In this document: one piece after another, positions 47,505 to 58,620 of the stretch
Layout of the letters: the number at the start of each line of letters is the position of its first letter
Position numbering within the stretch: position 1 is the stretch's first letter
Source of the DNA: an uncultured bacterium
GTDB lineage: Bacteria; Patescibacteriota; Patescibacteriia; CAIQCM01
DNA: 64,000 bases
Assembly: GCA_963708045.1 (NCBI GenBank)
Contig: OY970181.1
Location: 515,740-579,739, forward strand
Direction: 5' to 3'
The notes under the pieces: model-generated
Databases searched by the model: none
The model's input: the letters and a program-made list of their open reading frames with translations, nothing else
Told to the model about the DNA's origin: nothing
Translations under genes and position numbers: made by a program

Positions 47505-47755
47505 AAAGAGCCCCCGACGAAAGAGGCGACGTTTAACAAGGGGAGGGGGGTCTTGTTACGCACTCAATTCCGTCGGGGGAGAAAATAGGGGGCCTTGGAG
47601 TGGTTAGCTAGCGACGCTGCTGCTACAACGCGTTTTGCCTATGCAACCTTGGGCTAAAGATGGAGGTTCGGGACACCCAGGAAACCCGATAAAACCATCG
47701 TAAGCGTTTGGCGCATCCACTCCAAAGCCAAGACAAGAAAGAACGTCTAATTAAC

Positions 47756-48820
<1,065 letters not shown>

Positions 48821-48840
48821 AAAGTCATTGTAACATTAAA

Positions 48841-48931
48841 TGAAACATGAACCATGTACCACGTACCATGAACCATGAACCACGAACCACGAAACATGTA
48901 CCACGAAACACGTACCATGAAACATGTATAA
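48841..48931. repeat. 13 tandem heptamers (YGWAMCA; sense-strand reading TGKTWCR) filling the prfA upstream region
   Basis: tgaaaca tgaacca tgtacca cgtacca tgaacca tgaacca cgaacca cgaaaca tgtacca cgaaaca cgtacca tgaaaca tgtataa. Confidence 0.9.
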
Positions 48932-48940
48932 ATAGAATAC

Positions 48941-48970
48941 AAAAACAGCACCAATTAAGGCGCTGTTTTT
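48941..48970 (-). terminator. terminator hairpin downstream of rpmE (aaaaacagc ... gctgttttt)
   Basis: 9-bp stem, 12-nt loop, A/T flanks. Confidence 0.6.
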
Positions 48971-48977
48971 GGAATAG

Positions 48978-49274
48978 CTATTTTGATTCAGGCTTTGCTT
49001 CTTTGGTGGTCTTTTCAGCCTTTTTCGTCGCGCGTTTTATCGCTTTGACTTTTTTACCAGTCGCGACCGTTGATTTTTTTCCGGCGCGATCGGTGAATCT
49101 TTCTACACGGCGGGCGGTGTCTACAAGCTTCTGTTTGCCGGTAAAGAAGGGGTGGCAAGCAGAACAAAGTTCAACGTGAATTTCGTCGCGCGTAGAGCCG
49201 ACTTCGTAGACTTTGCCGCAGGCGCAGATGATCTTAGCCTTTGGATGATAAGTTGGGTGGATATCTTTCTTCAT
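48978..49274 (-). CDS. rpmE: 50S ribosomal protein L31 with a Lys-rich C-terminal extension
   Basis: [10 protein letters not shown] start; CxxC...CxxC zinc motif (CACG ... CSACH). Confidence 0.9.
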   Translation of the reverse strand: MKKDIHPTYHPKAKIICACGKVYEVGSTRDEIHVELCSACHPFFTGKQKLVDTARRVERFTDRAGKKSTVATGKKVKAIKRATKKAEKTTKEAKPESK

Positions 49275-49341
49275 AAGACAATTATCCTAACAAAAAGCCG
49301 TAATTTGGTCAACTTCTGACGATTGGAGTATTATTTTAGTT

Positions 49342-50319
49342 ATGAAAATCATTATTATTGCCTTATTTTTCGCTTTATTTATTTTAACACGCCCGGTTTT
49401 GGCGGTAACGCCGAAAACGCCGATTTTGGGAAAGGCGGAGGTCGTTAGTTCAACGGAAATTCGCTGGCATTTTGTTAACCGCGACAAAAACGCAGTTGCT
49501 TTTGAACTGTGGGACGTGCTTGGGAGGAGAATTGTAAAGCGGGTGGATGACAAAAAAGCGACGTATATAACCGAGGACAATATTATTCCCGCCGACCCGG
49601 ATCAGGCCTGCGGGCGGTATGTTGTTGCGGTGAATAAAAATGGCGAGCGGTCGTTTGGGCAGGTTATGACATATCCGTGCGTTAGGACGCCGCCAGTGGT
49701 TCCGCCGCCGCCGGAAATTGAAATAAAAGATAATAAGATTATTAAAGTTAATGTGTCATCGGGCGCTAATGACCCAGCAACTTCCATTGGCGTTTACGAA
49801 GCCAAGCGCGGTGTTTGGTTGTCGCCGGAAAATTTATTTGTCGCTGATCCGTTTATGGAGCCAGCTGGTATTTGGGGCGCGGATATGGGGTCGGTGCTAA
49901 TTGGTTTGCGACACAATTCTAGTTATGTTTTTTATTCGCGCGCTCGTTCGGTTACGGGCGAGCTCTCTATTTGGTCAACGCCGGTAATAATTCGGATGCC
50001 GGCGGAAGTGGCTGACCCAGGTGCGCCGGTGCTTGATCGGATTGGCGAGTTAAAAAATTTGCGCGGCGAAAAGCTTGATCAAACTTTTACGGTTAAGTCC
50101 GCGGCGCCGGTTATCGCCGGAATCTTTCGCGGCGCGAACGTAACCGTGGACTTGGACGACCGTCCGTATCAAGCGACTGTTTTTGGAAGCGGGGAGATAA
50201 AAAGTTTTTCTTTCGCGCCTGGGAAAATTGGTTCGGGCTTTCATTATTTGCGCCTTGGCGCGATTGCGAATGGGACTGTAAGTTGGTCGCCGACAATAGA
50301 GTTTTTGATAAAAAAGTAA
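49342..50319 (+). CDS. hypothetical secreted protein
   Basis: Signal peptide (VLAVTP); beta-rich; no known motif. Confidence 0.4.
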   Translation: MKIIIIALFFALFILTRPVLAVTPKTPILGKAEVVSSTEIRWHFVNRDKNAVAFELWDVLGRRIVKRVDDKKATYITEDNIIPADPDQACGRYVVAVNKNGERSFGQVMTYPCVRTPPVVPPPPEIEIKDNKIIKVNVSSGANDPATSIGVYEAKRGVWLSPENLFVADPFMEPAGIWGADMGSVLIGLRHNSSYVFYSRARSVTGELSIWSTPVIIRMPAEVADPGAPVLDRIGELKNLRGEKLDQTFTVKSAAPVIAGIFRGANVTVDLDDRPYQATVFGSGEIKSFSFAPGKIGSGFHYLRLGAIANGTVSWSPTIEFLIKK

Positions 50320-50331
50320 TATAATATAAAA

Positions 50332-52347
50332 ATGCAGTTTAGAGAAATAAAAAACTGGAAAATAAAAACCGGCCCGTTTGTGATGGTCGGGGTAATTGTT
50401 TTTAGTATCTTTTTTTCTTTAATAAAACCCAACGTTGCTTTGGCTCATCCCGACTTGGGTTTGCATGCGGCCTCAATCGTGTGGTTAGACGAAACGCATA
50501 TTCGCGTTACCTACGATTGGTCAACTGCTGATCAAGTCTCGGATTGGGTGACAACAATCGGCGGGGCTATTACTTGGAATTCTGGAAGTTCAACCGTTTC
50601 AGTTGGTGGAGGGTGGGGAGATATACGAGGTATGCAGTGGGTGCGCCCAATTGCGGCCTCGTCGGTCACGGCTCATGCTAAATCTGCGCCGACTTATTTT
50701 ATAAATATGTATACCAATCTTCCGTCTGATTGGTATACAAATCCAAGATGGGATCCAACCCCAGGGCTTGGCACAATCTATTATGACCACCCGCGACAAT
50801 TAGTTGTAAACGGTGTTTCTTATATCGATGAAGCAAGTTGGGATGTTGGTTTGCTTGAGCGAAGTACTTGGTATGATTTTTTATTCACTGCAAGTCCGTC
50901 AGTAATTACAACATGGTCTAGTGTAGCAAATACGGGTGGGGCAACATTCAGCAAGACCGGGTCTTATGATTTAAGCACCGATGGTCGCGTGGGTGTGGGT
51001 GCTTATGGAGTTTCACCAACCGAATGGGGGACGATCGTCATTGAAGGCGAAATTTCATTACCGTCATACACCCTTACCTATACTGCCGGTGCGAACGGTT
51101 CAATTACTGGTTCCTCGCCACAAACGGTTCATCAAAATTTTGACGGCACGCAAGTTACTGCTACTCCTGCCGCGAATTACCACTTCACGAGCTGGTCCGA
51201 CAGTGTCCTTACCGCCGCGCGCACTGATTTGAATGTAGTGGGAGATATAACGGTCACCGCCAACTTTGCGATTGACACCCACACCCTCACCTACACCGCC
51301 GGCGCAAATGGTTCAGTTACCGGTACTAATCCGCAAACCATTAATCACGGCTCCGACGGTACCGCCGTCACCGCCGTTCCCAACTCGGGTTATCGCTTTG
51401 TTGATTGGTCGGATACTTCAATAATAAACCCGCGCACGGACACGAATGTGACAACCAATCTGGCTGTGACGGCTAACTTTATGGCAAACAGACGCCCTCC
51501 AAGCAGCAGTGGCTCATCGGTAGTTCTTTCGCCATCAATCACAATCCGCACACCGGCGAGCGGCGTATCATATAATGCCGACGCAATCGTTGGCCTTGAT
51601 TGGTCATCGGCCAATGGCGCCTTTACTAAATACAAAATTTATTACTCATCGGATAATGGCACAACTTATTCGGCGATTGGCGAAACAACCTCAACTTCGT
51701 TAAGTTGGACTGTTCCCGACGTCGGCACAACGCAAGGAAAAATAAAAGTTGAAGGTTATGATGCCGCGAGAACTCTGCTTGCTTCGGCAACTTCAAACGG
51801 AAACTTTGTCGTGGTCGGCGATGCAATACTGGAATCAGAAGAGGGAACACAACCAACCACAACACCGCCTGTCACCGACTCAACCGCGACCGGAACTTAT
51901 TCTCCCACTGAAGCGCTGGAAAATACTCCCGACATCAATACCGACATGAACCTCACGCTAGTCGCGCCATCACTCTGCACCTCAGGCTCACTCATTAAAG
52001 GTTCGCTTTCTTCAGTTTATTACTGCGGCGCTAATGGCAAGCGTTATGTCTTTGTGAACGACCGCGCTTACTTTAGCTGGTACCAAGACTTCTCAACCAT
52101 TAAAACTATTTCCGACGCCGACCTCGCCTTAATCCCGCTCGGGGGCAACATTACTTATCGTCCCGGCTCCCGAATGATCAAAATCCAATCCGACCCCAGA
52201 GTCTACGTTATTTCTCGTGGCGGCATCTTGCGCTGGGTTAGCTCCGAAGCCATCGCCGCCGCACTCTATGGCGCGAACTGGGCAACAATGATTGACGATG
52301 TCTCTGATGCCTTTTTTGTAAATTATACAGTTGGCGCGCCGATTTAG
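50332..52347 (+). CDS. cell-surface protein with two Listeria-Bacteroides (flg_new-type) repeats
   Basis: Duplicated HTLTYTAGANGS.TG..PQT...DGT.VTA.P...Y.F..WSD ... TANF units; signal peptide/TM at the N-terminus. Confidence 0.5.
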   Translation: MQFREIKNWKIKTGPFVMVGVIVFSIFFSLIKPNVALAHPDLGLHAASIVWLDETHIRVTYDWSTADQVSDWVTTIGGAITWNSGSSTVSVGGGWGDIRGMQWVRPIAASSVTAHAKSAPTYFINMYTNLPSDWYTNPRWDPTPGLGTIYYDHPRQLVVNGVSYIDEASWDVGLLERSTWYDFLFTASPSVITTWSSVANTGGATFSKTGSYDLSTDGRVGVGAYGVSPTEWGTIVIEGEISLPSYTLTYTAGANGSITGSSPQTVHQNFDGTQVTATPAANYHFTSWSDSVLTAARTDLNVVGDITVTANFAIDTHTLTYTAGANGSVTGTNPQTINHGSDGTAVTAVPNSGYRFVDWSDTSIINPRTDTNVTTNLAVTANFMANRRPPSSSGSSVVLSPSITIRTPASGVSYNADAIVGLDWSSANGAFTKYKIYYSSDNGTTYSAIGETTSTSLSWTVPDVGTTQGKIKVEGYDAARTLLASATSNGNFVVVGDAILESEEGTQPTTTPPVTDSTATGTYSPTEALENTPDINTDMNLTLVAPSLCTSGSLIKGSLSSVYYCGANGKRYVFVNDRAYFSWYQDFSTIKTISDADLALIPLGGNITYRPGSRMIKIQSDPRVYVISRGGILRWVSSEAIAAALYGANWATMIDDVSDAFFVNYTVGAPI

Positions 52348-52351
52348 CCGA

Positions 52352-52447
52352 ACTGTTAACTTTTAACCTTTAACTTTTAGTTAGAAAATATCTCCGTCAC
52401 ATCGGAGATATTTTAATTCGCCAAAAGTTAAAAGTTAACAGTTAAAA
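52352..52447. repeat. heptamer palindrome: (AACTKTT)x4, terminator hairpin 52385-52414, (AAAAGTT/AACAGTT)x4
   Basis: Same GTTAACA-type family as 5045-5070 and 7103-7167. Confidence 0.85.
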
Positions 52448-52484
52448 GTTAGTTAAAATTTGCATCTATGCTACAATTTAATAA

Positions 52485-53042
52485 ATGCTGACCGAACTTG
52501 CGAATGAAAAAGAGTTGGCTGAACGGGCGACGAAAGACGGTGACGCTTTTGCCGCGCTTTACGATTTTTATTTTCCAAAAATTTGGGCGTACACGATTAG
52601 GCGCGTCGGACACACGGAAACGGCTGAAGATATTGTTTCACAAATATTTTTAAAAATTACCGAAGCTTTGCCGCGCCGAAAAAATAACGCGCCCTTTGGC
52701 GCTTGGGTTTTTCGGATCGCTACAAATACAATCATTGATCATTATCGGGCAAGTGGTCGGCACCGTGAAGAAGAAATCGTTGCCGCGGAAAATATTCCCG
52801 AACGCGGTTTAGCTCCTGACGAATTTTCCGAGGCTAGGCTCGTGTTTAGAGAAATAGAAACAATCCTCGGCGAACTTCCCGAGCGCGACCGACGCATTGT
52901 TCACCTTAAATTTTTTGCCGGCTTAAGTAACGGTGAAATCGCCGTAACGGAAAAAACTAAAGAGGGGAATATAGCAATAATTGTTCATCGGGCGCTTCAA
53001 AAAATACGTAAACAGAGCAAATTTTATGGAAAACTTGAATAA
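52485..53042 (+). CDS. ECF-subfamily RNA polymerase sigma-70 factor
   Basis: Region 2 (YDFYFPKIWAYTIRRVG...AEDIVSQIFLKI) and region 4 HTH (LPERDRRIVHLKFFAGLSNGEIA); TACAAT box 7 nt before the ATG. Confidence 0.85.
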   Translation: MLTELANEKELAERATKDGDAFAALYDFYFPKIWAYTIRRVGHTETAEDIVSQIFLKITEALPRRKNNAPFGAWVFRIATNTIIDHYRASGRHREEEIVAAENIPERGLAPDEFSEARLVFREIETILGELPERDRRIVHLKFFAGLSNGEIAVTEKTKEGNIAIIVHRALQKIRKQSKFYGKLE

Positions 53043-56000
53043 TCAAGACGAAAAAAACTTAAATAGCGAAGAGGTAAAGCGTAATGAAAACACTGGCGGA
53101 GCGTTGGAAGAGATGGAGAGCAAAATCTCCATGCTTATCAACCATAATAATACGGACGCCTCAGACAAATTCCGCGAATCGTTAAAAACGCGGGTACTTG
53201 AGGCGCACGCCAAAAATAATATGCCTCGTTTTTCCGGCTTTAAGAATTTGATCGGATTTTTTTCCGCTCGCCGCTTTTCGTTTGCCATAACGATCGTTCT
53301 CTTGCTCGCGGTCGTCGGCGGTGTTTTGCTTAATGGTTATTTTGGCGGACGCGAACGGAGTATTGCTAAAATTTTTATTAATCCCGCCTACGCCGCCGAC
53401 GACTTTTCACTTGTCTCGCTTGCGGCTGATTCCGCCGGTGTTACTCCCGATTCGGTCTACAAACTCACAAGCAAAGAATCGTTTTCCACGGCCGACATTA
53501 AAGCTGGACTAAGTCTGACGCCAACGATGGAGGTCGGTGTCAAACAAACAGCGGATAAAGAATGGATGATTACGCCGAGTGAAAAATTGCCAGCCAATTC
53601 GCTTTTAAAAATTGCCCTTGCCGCGGCAATAAACGACAACGGAACAATCACGACGCGCGATTTTTCTTGGGCGTTTCAAGTTAAAGATCATTTCCGCGTT
53701 CTTAATTCGCTTCCTGGGAACGCGGCAACCTCGGTCCCGGTGAATACGGGTATAGAAGTAACTTTTAGCCATCCAAACTTAAATGGCTATGAAAAATATT
53801 TTGCCATTAGTCCCGAAGTTAAAGGACGTTTTGAATATCACGCCCGCACCGCCGTTTTTGTGCCAACCGAACCACTCAAGGCTGGTGAGCTTTATACGGT
53901 GACCATTGGCGCTGATCTGGTACTAACCGAATCCACCGAAAAATTGGGCGAAGATTATAAATTTAGTTTTGAAACGGCTAAAGAAACCAAAGACGCTGGC
54001 GGTTATGAAAATTGGTTTGGCGTTAATGAAAAAATGGTGCAATTCAGTTCCGACGAAAGTCCGTTCATTGGTGTTTATGGCGACACCAAGGCGCAAACCA
54101 CGGCTAATGTATATTCGTTTTCTTCGGCCGACGCTTTTCTTGCGGGTATAAATGAACGCAATAAATATCCGCGCTGGACGGAAAAATGGAATAATTATCA
54201 CTATGATGTTTCGGGGCTTGCCAAAGTCACGTCGTTTACGCCAAAAATTGAAACGCAAAATTACGCCAACTTCTTTGTTTTCCCGTCAAAATTGCCGATT
54301 GGTTTTTATCTCACCGAAGTCGCGTATCAAAACAAAACTTTCCAAGTCTGGATGCAGGTGAATGATTTAAACGTTTTTTACAACATTGATATTAACCACA
54401 CGCTGGTTTGGGTAAACCGGATTGGTGGCGTTTCGCCGGCTACCGAGGCGACGGTTTCGGTCGGTGATTTGGTACAAAATGTAAAAACGGACGCTAGTGG
54501 CGTGGCAACGTTTGATATTCCGGCGGCGTATCAAGATGCCAAAAGCAAATATGCCGACCAGCCGCTTTATCTAATTGTTCGCGCGGGCGCCTCAACGATG
54601 ATTACTGATTTTTATCCCGGCGGGAAAACAGCCGCCAGTCGTTGGTCATATTTTTATACCGACCGCCCGCGCTATCAATCAACCGATACGATTCATTTTT
54701 TTGCGATGACTCGGGATCGCGCGAGCGGCATCGCCTCGCCCGGAAAATACTCGGTAATTCTCCGCAAATCCGGTTGGTACGATTATTATTACAACCCGGT
54801 AAAAATTGTTGAAACCGAAGTTGCGCCGGACGCCTACGGCACAATGACGGGCGCGCTTTCGCTTGCCGATTTGCGCCCCGACTACTATGAAGTCGCGCTT
54901 ACGCTTGACGGCGAAACAATTGCGACAAGCTGGGTAAATGTTCTCCCTTATACCAAACCGGCCTACTCAATTTCGGTAACTAACGACCGCGCCGCGGCCT
55001 TCTCGGGCGAACAGATAAATTTTACCGCGACGGCGAAATTTTTTGACGACACGCCGGCCGCCGGAATTAAAATGAAGGTCGTAGACGAATTAGGGATAAA
55101 GATTGGCTCTTTCACGACCGACGAACAAGGACAAATAACTTTTTCTTCAACCCAAGATTACGACGGAACAAAATATTGGCCGCAATGGAAGTATTTTACC
55201 GTTAGTCCAGAGTCGTCGGAGCTTGGCGACATTAGCGGCTCGGCAAACGGCGCTTGGTACGGTCCGCGCGTTTACGGAACAAGCGAAGTTAAGTATCCGG
55301 AAAAAGGCCGCGCCGAATTAAAGATCAAAGTTCGTAACGTTGATATTAACAAAATTAATTTCCCAAATAACGTGCAATGGGATGAAGATTGGCAAGGGTC
55401 GGATCCGGCTGCGGGCATAAATATTTCTGGCGAAGTAATAAAGATTACTTACAACAAGGTTGAAACTGGTACAGCTTATGACTTCATCAACAAAACGTCT
55501 TATAAAACTTATCGTTACGATCGGGTGGAAACAAAAGTTGACACGCTTTCGCTTGTAACTGGCGCGGACGGTATGGCGCGTTACAGTCGCGCGGTTGAAC
55601 CGAACACTTTTTACAACATAAATTATAAAATCAGCGACGCGGCGCATCGCACCGAAGCGCACAACGACGGCTTCTATTATTATGACGGCAATACTTATTA
55701 TCGCGATTATTTCTCTTACGGGGAAAATGCGCAACCGACAATTGAATTTAACACGAGCGACCGTCTGTATTCGCTCGGCGACAAGGTTAAAGCGACGCTT
55801 TCGCTTAACGCTAAGCCGGTTTCCATGGCGCAAACTGACCGCATTCTTTTTGCCAAATACCAAAACGGTCTAAAGAGCTTTGTGGTGCAAGGGAGCCCAG
55901 TTTATGAATTTAATTTTTCCGAAAGCGATGTTCCTAACGTTCAGCTTTTTGCCGCCTGGTGGGATGGAAAAAATTATCACACGGCGCGAACCGACGGCTG

Positions 56001-58620
56001 GTGGGGGATGAGCGACGGCGGCGCGAAATATAAATATACTGATCGCGAACTCACGATTGACGCCGCTTTTGATAAAACGACGTATGCGCCAGGGAGCGAC
56101 GCTAAATTTTCAGTAACGGTTAAAGACAAGAATGGTCGTCCGGTCGCCGCCGCTCTAAATCTTAATTTGGTTGACGAAGCGTATTACGCGATTGCGAATA
56201 GCTCGGCAAATCCGCTCCAAAGCATCTACACGCCGCAATATTCGGGAATCATTGATTCGGCGGAAACGCAAGAACCGCCGCCTTCGGCCACGGCCGGCGG
56301 TGCGGAACGTGGTGGCTGTTTTGCCCCTGGCACGATGATTACGATGGCTGATGGTAGCAAAAAGGCGATTGAAAAAGTTAAAGTTGGCGACAAGGTGGCG
56401 ACACTCGCGAATCCGCTTAACGCCGATGTTGTAACAGGAACAGTTGGCGCGGTTTTTGAGCATACCGCGAATAAAATGATTTCCGTTAACAACGGACTTC
56501 TCAAGGCTACACCCGAACATATGATCTATGCGAGCGGCACTTTTAAAACCGCTGGCGAAATTGCGGTTGGAGATGTACTCCTTGGACTTAACGGGAAAAA
56601 GACGGTTGTCACTTCGGTTAAAGTTGTTTTTGAAAAAATTTCCGTCTACAATTTGCGTGTTGATCCATATCACACCTTTATTGCAAACGGTATCTATGTT
56701 CACAATGACAAGGACGGCGCCGTGCGTCAGAACTTTGTTGATGTCGCGCTTTTTCGCACGGTCACAACCGATAGCGCAGGCAAAGCGACAGTTGACTTTA
56801 AGTTGCCGGATAACGTTACTTCTTGGCGGCTTACGACACAGGCGATTGGTGCTAATCTTTCAGTCGGAATGTCCACACAAAAAATAAAAACCACCTTGCC
56901 GGCTTTTGTTGACGTTACCATTGGTAAGGATTATCTCGTAGGCGATCAGGTTGTTGCTAAACTGCGTTCGTTTGGTACGAACCTTACAGCCACGGACGCG
57001 GTTTCTTACGCTGTTACTTCGGAAGGGCTTGGCAACGCCTCATTTTCTTTTGCAACCGAAGGCAAAGCGTACCGTCCGACCGAAGTTAATCTGCCACCGC
57101 TCACATCGGGAAATTTCAACGTTACCTATTCAATGAAAAGCCAAAAAGGAAATGACGCCGTGCTTTTGCCGCTAAACGTTTCCAAGTCGTTTTTGCGGAT
57201 CAATAAAATCCTTTCATCCACTGATGTTTCGCCCGGGGTAAAGTTTTCTGCGCCTGGCGCAACTGACTCCGTAAAAATTACTTTTGCCGACGCGAGTTCA
57301 ATGAAATTATATCGGCCGCTTTCGGAACTTAGCTGGAGTTGGGGAAAACGCGTTGACCAAACGCTCGCGCATTCGCTTGCCGCCGATTTGCTTCTTAAAT
57401 ACTTTAAAGAAGATTGGCACGAAAATACTTTTGACGGCAGCGCGTATCAGCAAGCTGATGGCGGCATCGCGATTTTGCCTTACGGTTCTTCGGATATGGA
57501 TCTTTCGGCGCGTCTCGCGGCTTTAGCGCCGGAAAAATTTAGCGTCTCGGCGTTACGTCAATATTTTATGGCGGAAATTGATTCCAAGAATGCGACGCCC
57601 GAGACGGTGACTAACGCGCTTTTGGGTTTGGCGTCGCTCGGTGATCCGGTTTTGCCGCGGTTAGAGCTCTGGAAAGATAGAACTGATCTGACAATAGAAA
57701 GCCGCATGCGCGTTGCTCTCGCTCTTTACAAGGTCGGCGCGAACGAAGATGCGCGGATGATTTATAACGATGTGCTAAAGAGCGGCGAAAGTCGCGGTGC
57801 GTATTATCTCTTGTCCGGCAAAGACGAGAACGAAACATTACTGCGCACGGCCTTTTTGGGCGAACTTGCGGCCGCGCTTAATATGCCGGAACGCGACGCG
57901 CTCTGGGCTTACGTTACTGATCATAAATATGATAAAAAAATTGAAGTCCTGACCAACCTTGAAGATTTGTCGTTTGTTATGTTGGCTATCCCAACACTTA
58001 CGCCCGGTCCCTCTAAAGTCGCTTACGAACTTAAGGGAATGAAAAATGAAATTGATCTGAATGGCTGGGGTCAAAAAGTAATCAGACTTCAGGCGTCGGA
58101 ACTTGATAAATTGAACATCACCTCGGTGGAAGGAAAAATCAGCGCGGCGGTTTCTGCGGATGCTTCTATCACCGAAGTTGATCTGGTCGCGAACAAGGAC
58201 GTTTCCATTACCCGATCATATTCGGTGGTCGGCGGCGCCGATAATACAACCGACTTTAAGGACAATGATATTATTCGTGTGACGATTGACGTAAAAATTT
58301 CGCGCAATTCGCCGAGTCGTAATTATCAGGTGACGGACATTCTTCCGGCTGGCTTAATTTCGGCGACAAATGTTTATGACGCGTATCGTCCTTATGACAA
58401 CTATTGGAGCAACCCGTTTGATGTAAACGGCCAGCTTGTTTCCTTTAATGTTTGGAAGTACGGCGATCCGGATAAATATGGAAATTATTCGGAGACGATT
58501 CATTATTACGCCCGAGTAAAAACAAAAGGCAGTTACAAGGCCGAGCCGGCGATTATTCAGGCCTTTTCTGACCCAGGAACGATTAATTATTCTTCGGCTG
58601 GAATCGTAACCGTTAAATGA
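53026..58620 (+). CDS. anti-sigma-like giant membrane protein with alpha-2-macroglobulin-like MG domains and an internal Hint domain
   Basis: ATG 53026 overlaps the sigma gene by 17 nt (the track starts at TTG 52981); ~85-aa cytoplasmic N-region then one TM helix (FAITIVLLLAVVGGVLL); YFYTDRPRYQSTDTIHFFAMTRD resembles the A2M MG-domain motif TDRPIYRPGxTVHF; Hint domain at nt 56317-56706; ends with TGA. Confidence 0.55.
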   Translation: MENLNNQDEKNLNSEEVKRNENTGGALEEMESKISMLINHNNTDASDKFRESLKTRVLEAHAKNNMPRFSGFKNLIGFFSARRFSFAITIVLLLAVVGGVLLNGYFGGRERSIAKIFINPAYAADDFSLVSLAADSAGVTPDSVYKLTSKESFSTADIKAGLSLTPTMEVGVKQTADKEWMITPSEKLPANSLLKIALAAAINDNGTITTRDFSWAFQVKDHFRVLNSLPGNAATSVPVNTGIEVTFSHPNLNGYEKYFAISPEVKGRFEYHARTAVFVPTEPLKAGELYTVTIGADLVLTESTEKLGEDYKFSFETAKETKDAGGYENWFGVNEKMVQFSSDESPFIGVYGDTKAQTTANVYSFSSADAFLAGINERNKYPRWTEKWNNYHYDVSGLAKVTSFTPKIETQNYANFFVFPSKLPIGFYLTEVAYQNKTFQVWMQVNDLNVFYNIDINHTLVWVNRIGGVSPATEATVSVGDLVQNVKTDASGVATFDIPAAYQDAKSKYADQPLYLIVRAGASTMITDFYPGGKTAASRWSYFYTDRPRYQSTDTIHFFAMTRDRASGIASPGKYSVILRKSGWYDYYYNPVKIVETEVAPDAYGTMTGALSLADLRPDYYEVALTLDGETIATSWVNVLPYTKPAYSISVTNDRAAAFSGEQINFTATAKFFDDTPAAGIKMKVVDELGIKIGSFTTDEQGQITFSSTQDYDGTKYWPQWKYFTVSPESSELGDISGSANGAWYGPRVYGTSEVKYPEKGRAELKIKVRNVDINKINFPNNVQWDEDWQGSDPAAGINISGEVIKITYNKVETGTAYDFINKTSYKTYRYDRVETKVDTLSLVTGADGMARYSRAVEPNTFYNINYKISDAAHRTEAHNDGFYYYDGNTYYRDYFSYGENAQPTIEFNTSDRLYSLGDKVKATLSLNAKPVSMAQTDRILFAKYQNGLKSFVVQGSPVYEFNFSESDVPNVQLFAAWWDGKNYHTARTDGWWGMSDGGAKYKYTDRELTIDAAFDKTTYAPGSDAKFSVTVKDKNGRPVAAALNLNLVDEAYYAIANSSANPLQSIYTPQYSGIIDSAETQEPPPSATAGGAERGGCFAPGTMITMADGSKKAIEKVKVGDKVATLANPLNADVVTGTVGAVFEHTANKMISVNNGLLKATPEHMIYASGTFKTAGEIAVGDVLLGLNGKKTVVTSVKVVFEKISVYNLRVDPYHTFIANGIYVHNDKDGAVRQNFVDVALFRTVTTDSAGKATVDFKLPDNVTSWRLTTQAIGANLSVGMSTQKIKTTLPAFVDVTIGKDYLVGDQVVAKLRSFGTNLTATDAVSYAVTSEGLGNASFSFATEGKAYRPTEVNLPPLTSGNFNVTYSMKSQKGNDAVLLPLNVSKSFLRINKILSSTDVSPGVKFSAPGATDSVKITFADASSMKLYRPLSELSWSWGKRVDQTLAHSLAADLLLKYFKEDWHENTFDGSAYQQADGGIAILPYGSSDMDLSARLAALAPEKFSVSALRQYFMAEIDSKNATPETVTNALLGLASLGDPVLPRLELWKDRTDLTIESRMRVALALYKVGANEDARMIYNDVLKSGESRGAYYLLSGKDENETLLRTAFLGELAAALNMPERDALWAYVTDHKYDKKIEVLTNLEDLSFVMLAIPTLTPGPSKVAYELKGMKNEIDLNGWGQKVIRLQASELDKLNITSVEGKISAAVSADASITEVDLVANKDVSITRSYSVVGGADNTTDFKDNDIIRVTIDVKISRNSPSRNYQVTDILPAGLISATNVYDAYRPYDNYWSNPFDVNGQLVSFNVWKYGDPDKYGNYSETIHYYARVKTKGSYKAEPAIIQAFSDPGTINYSSAGIVTVK
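56317..56706 (+). other. Hint / mini-intein-like domain (130 aa) embedded in the giant protein
   Basis: Block A CFAPGTMITMADGS, block B TPEH, block G HTFIANGIYVHN; the residue after the terminal Asn is Asp, not Cys/Ser/Thr. Confidence 0.6.
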
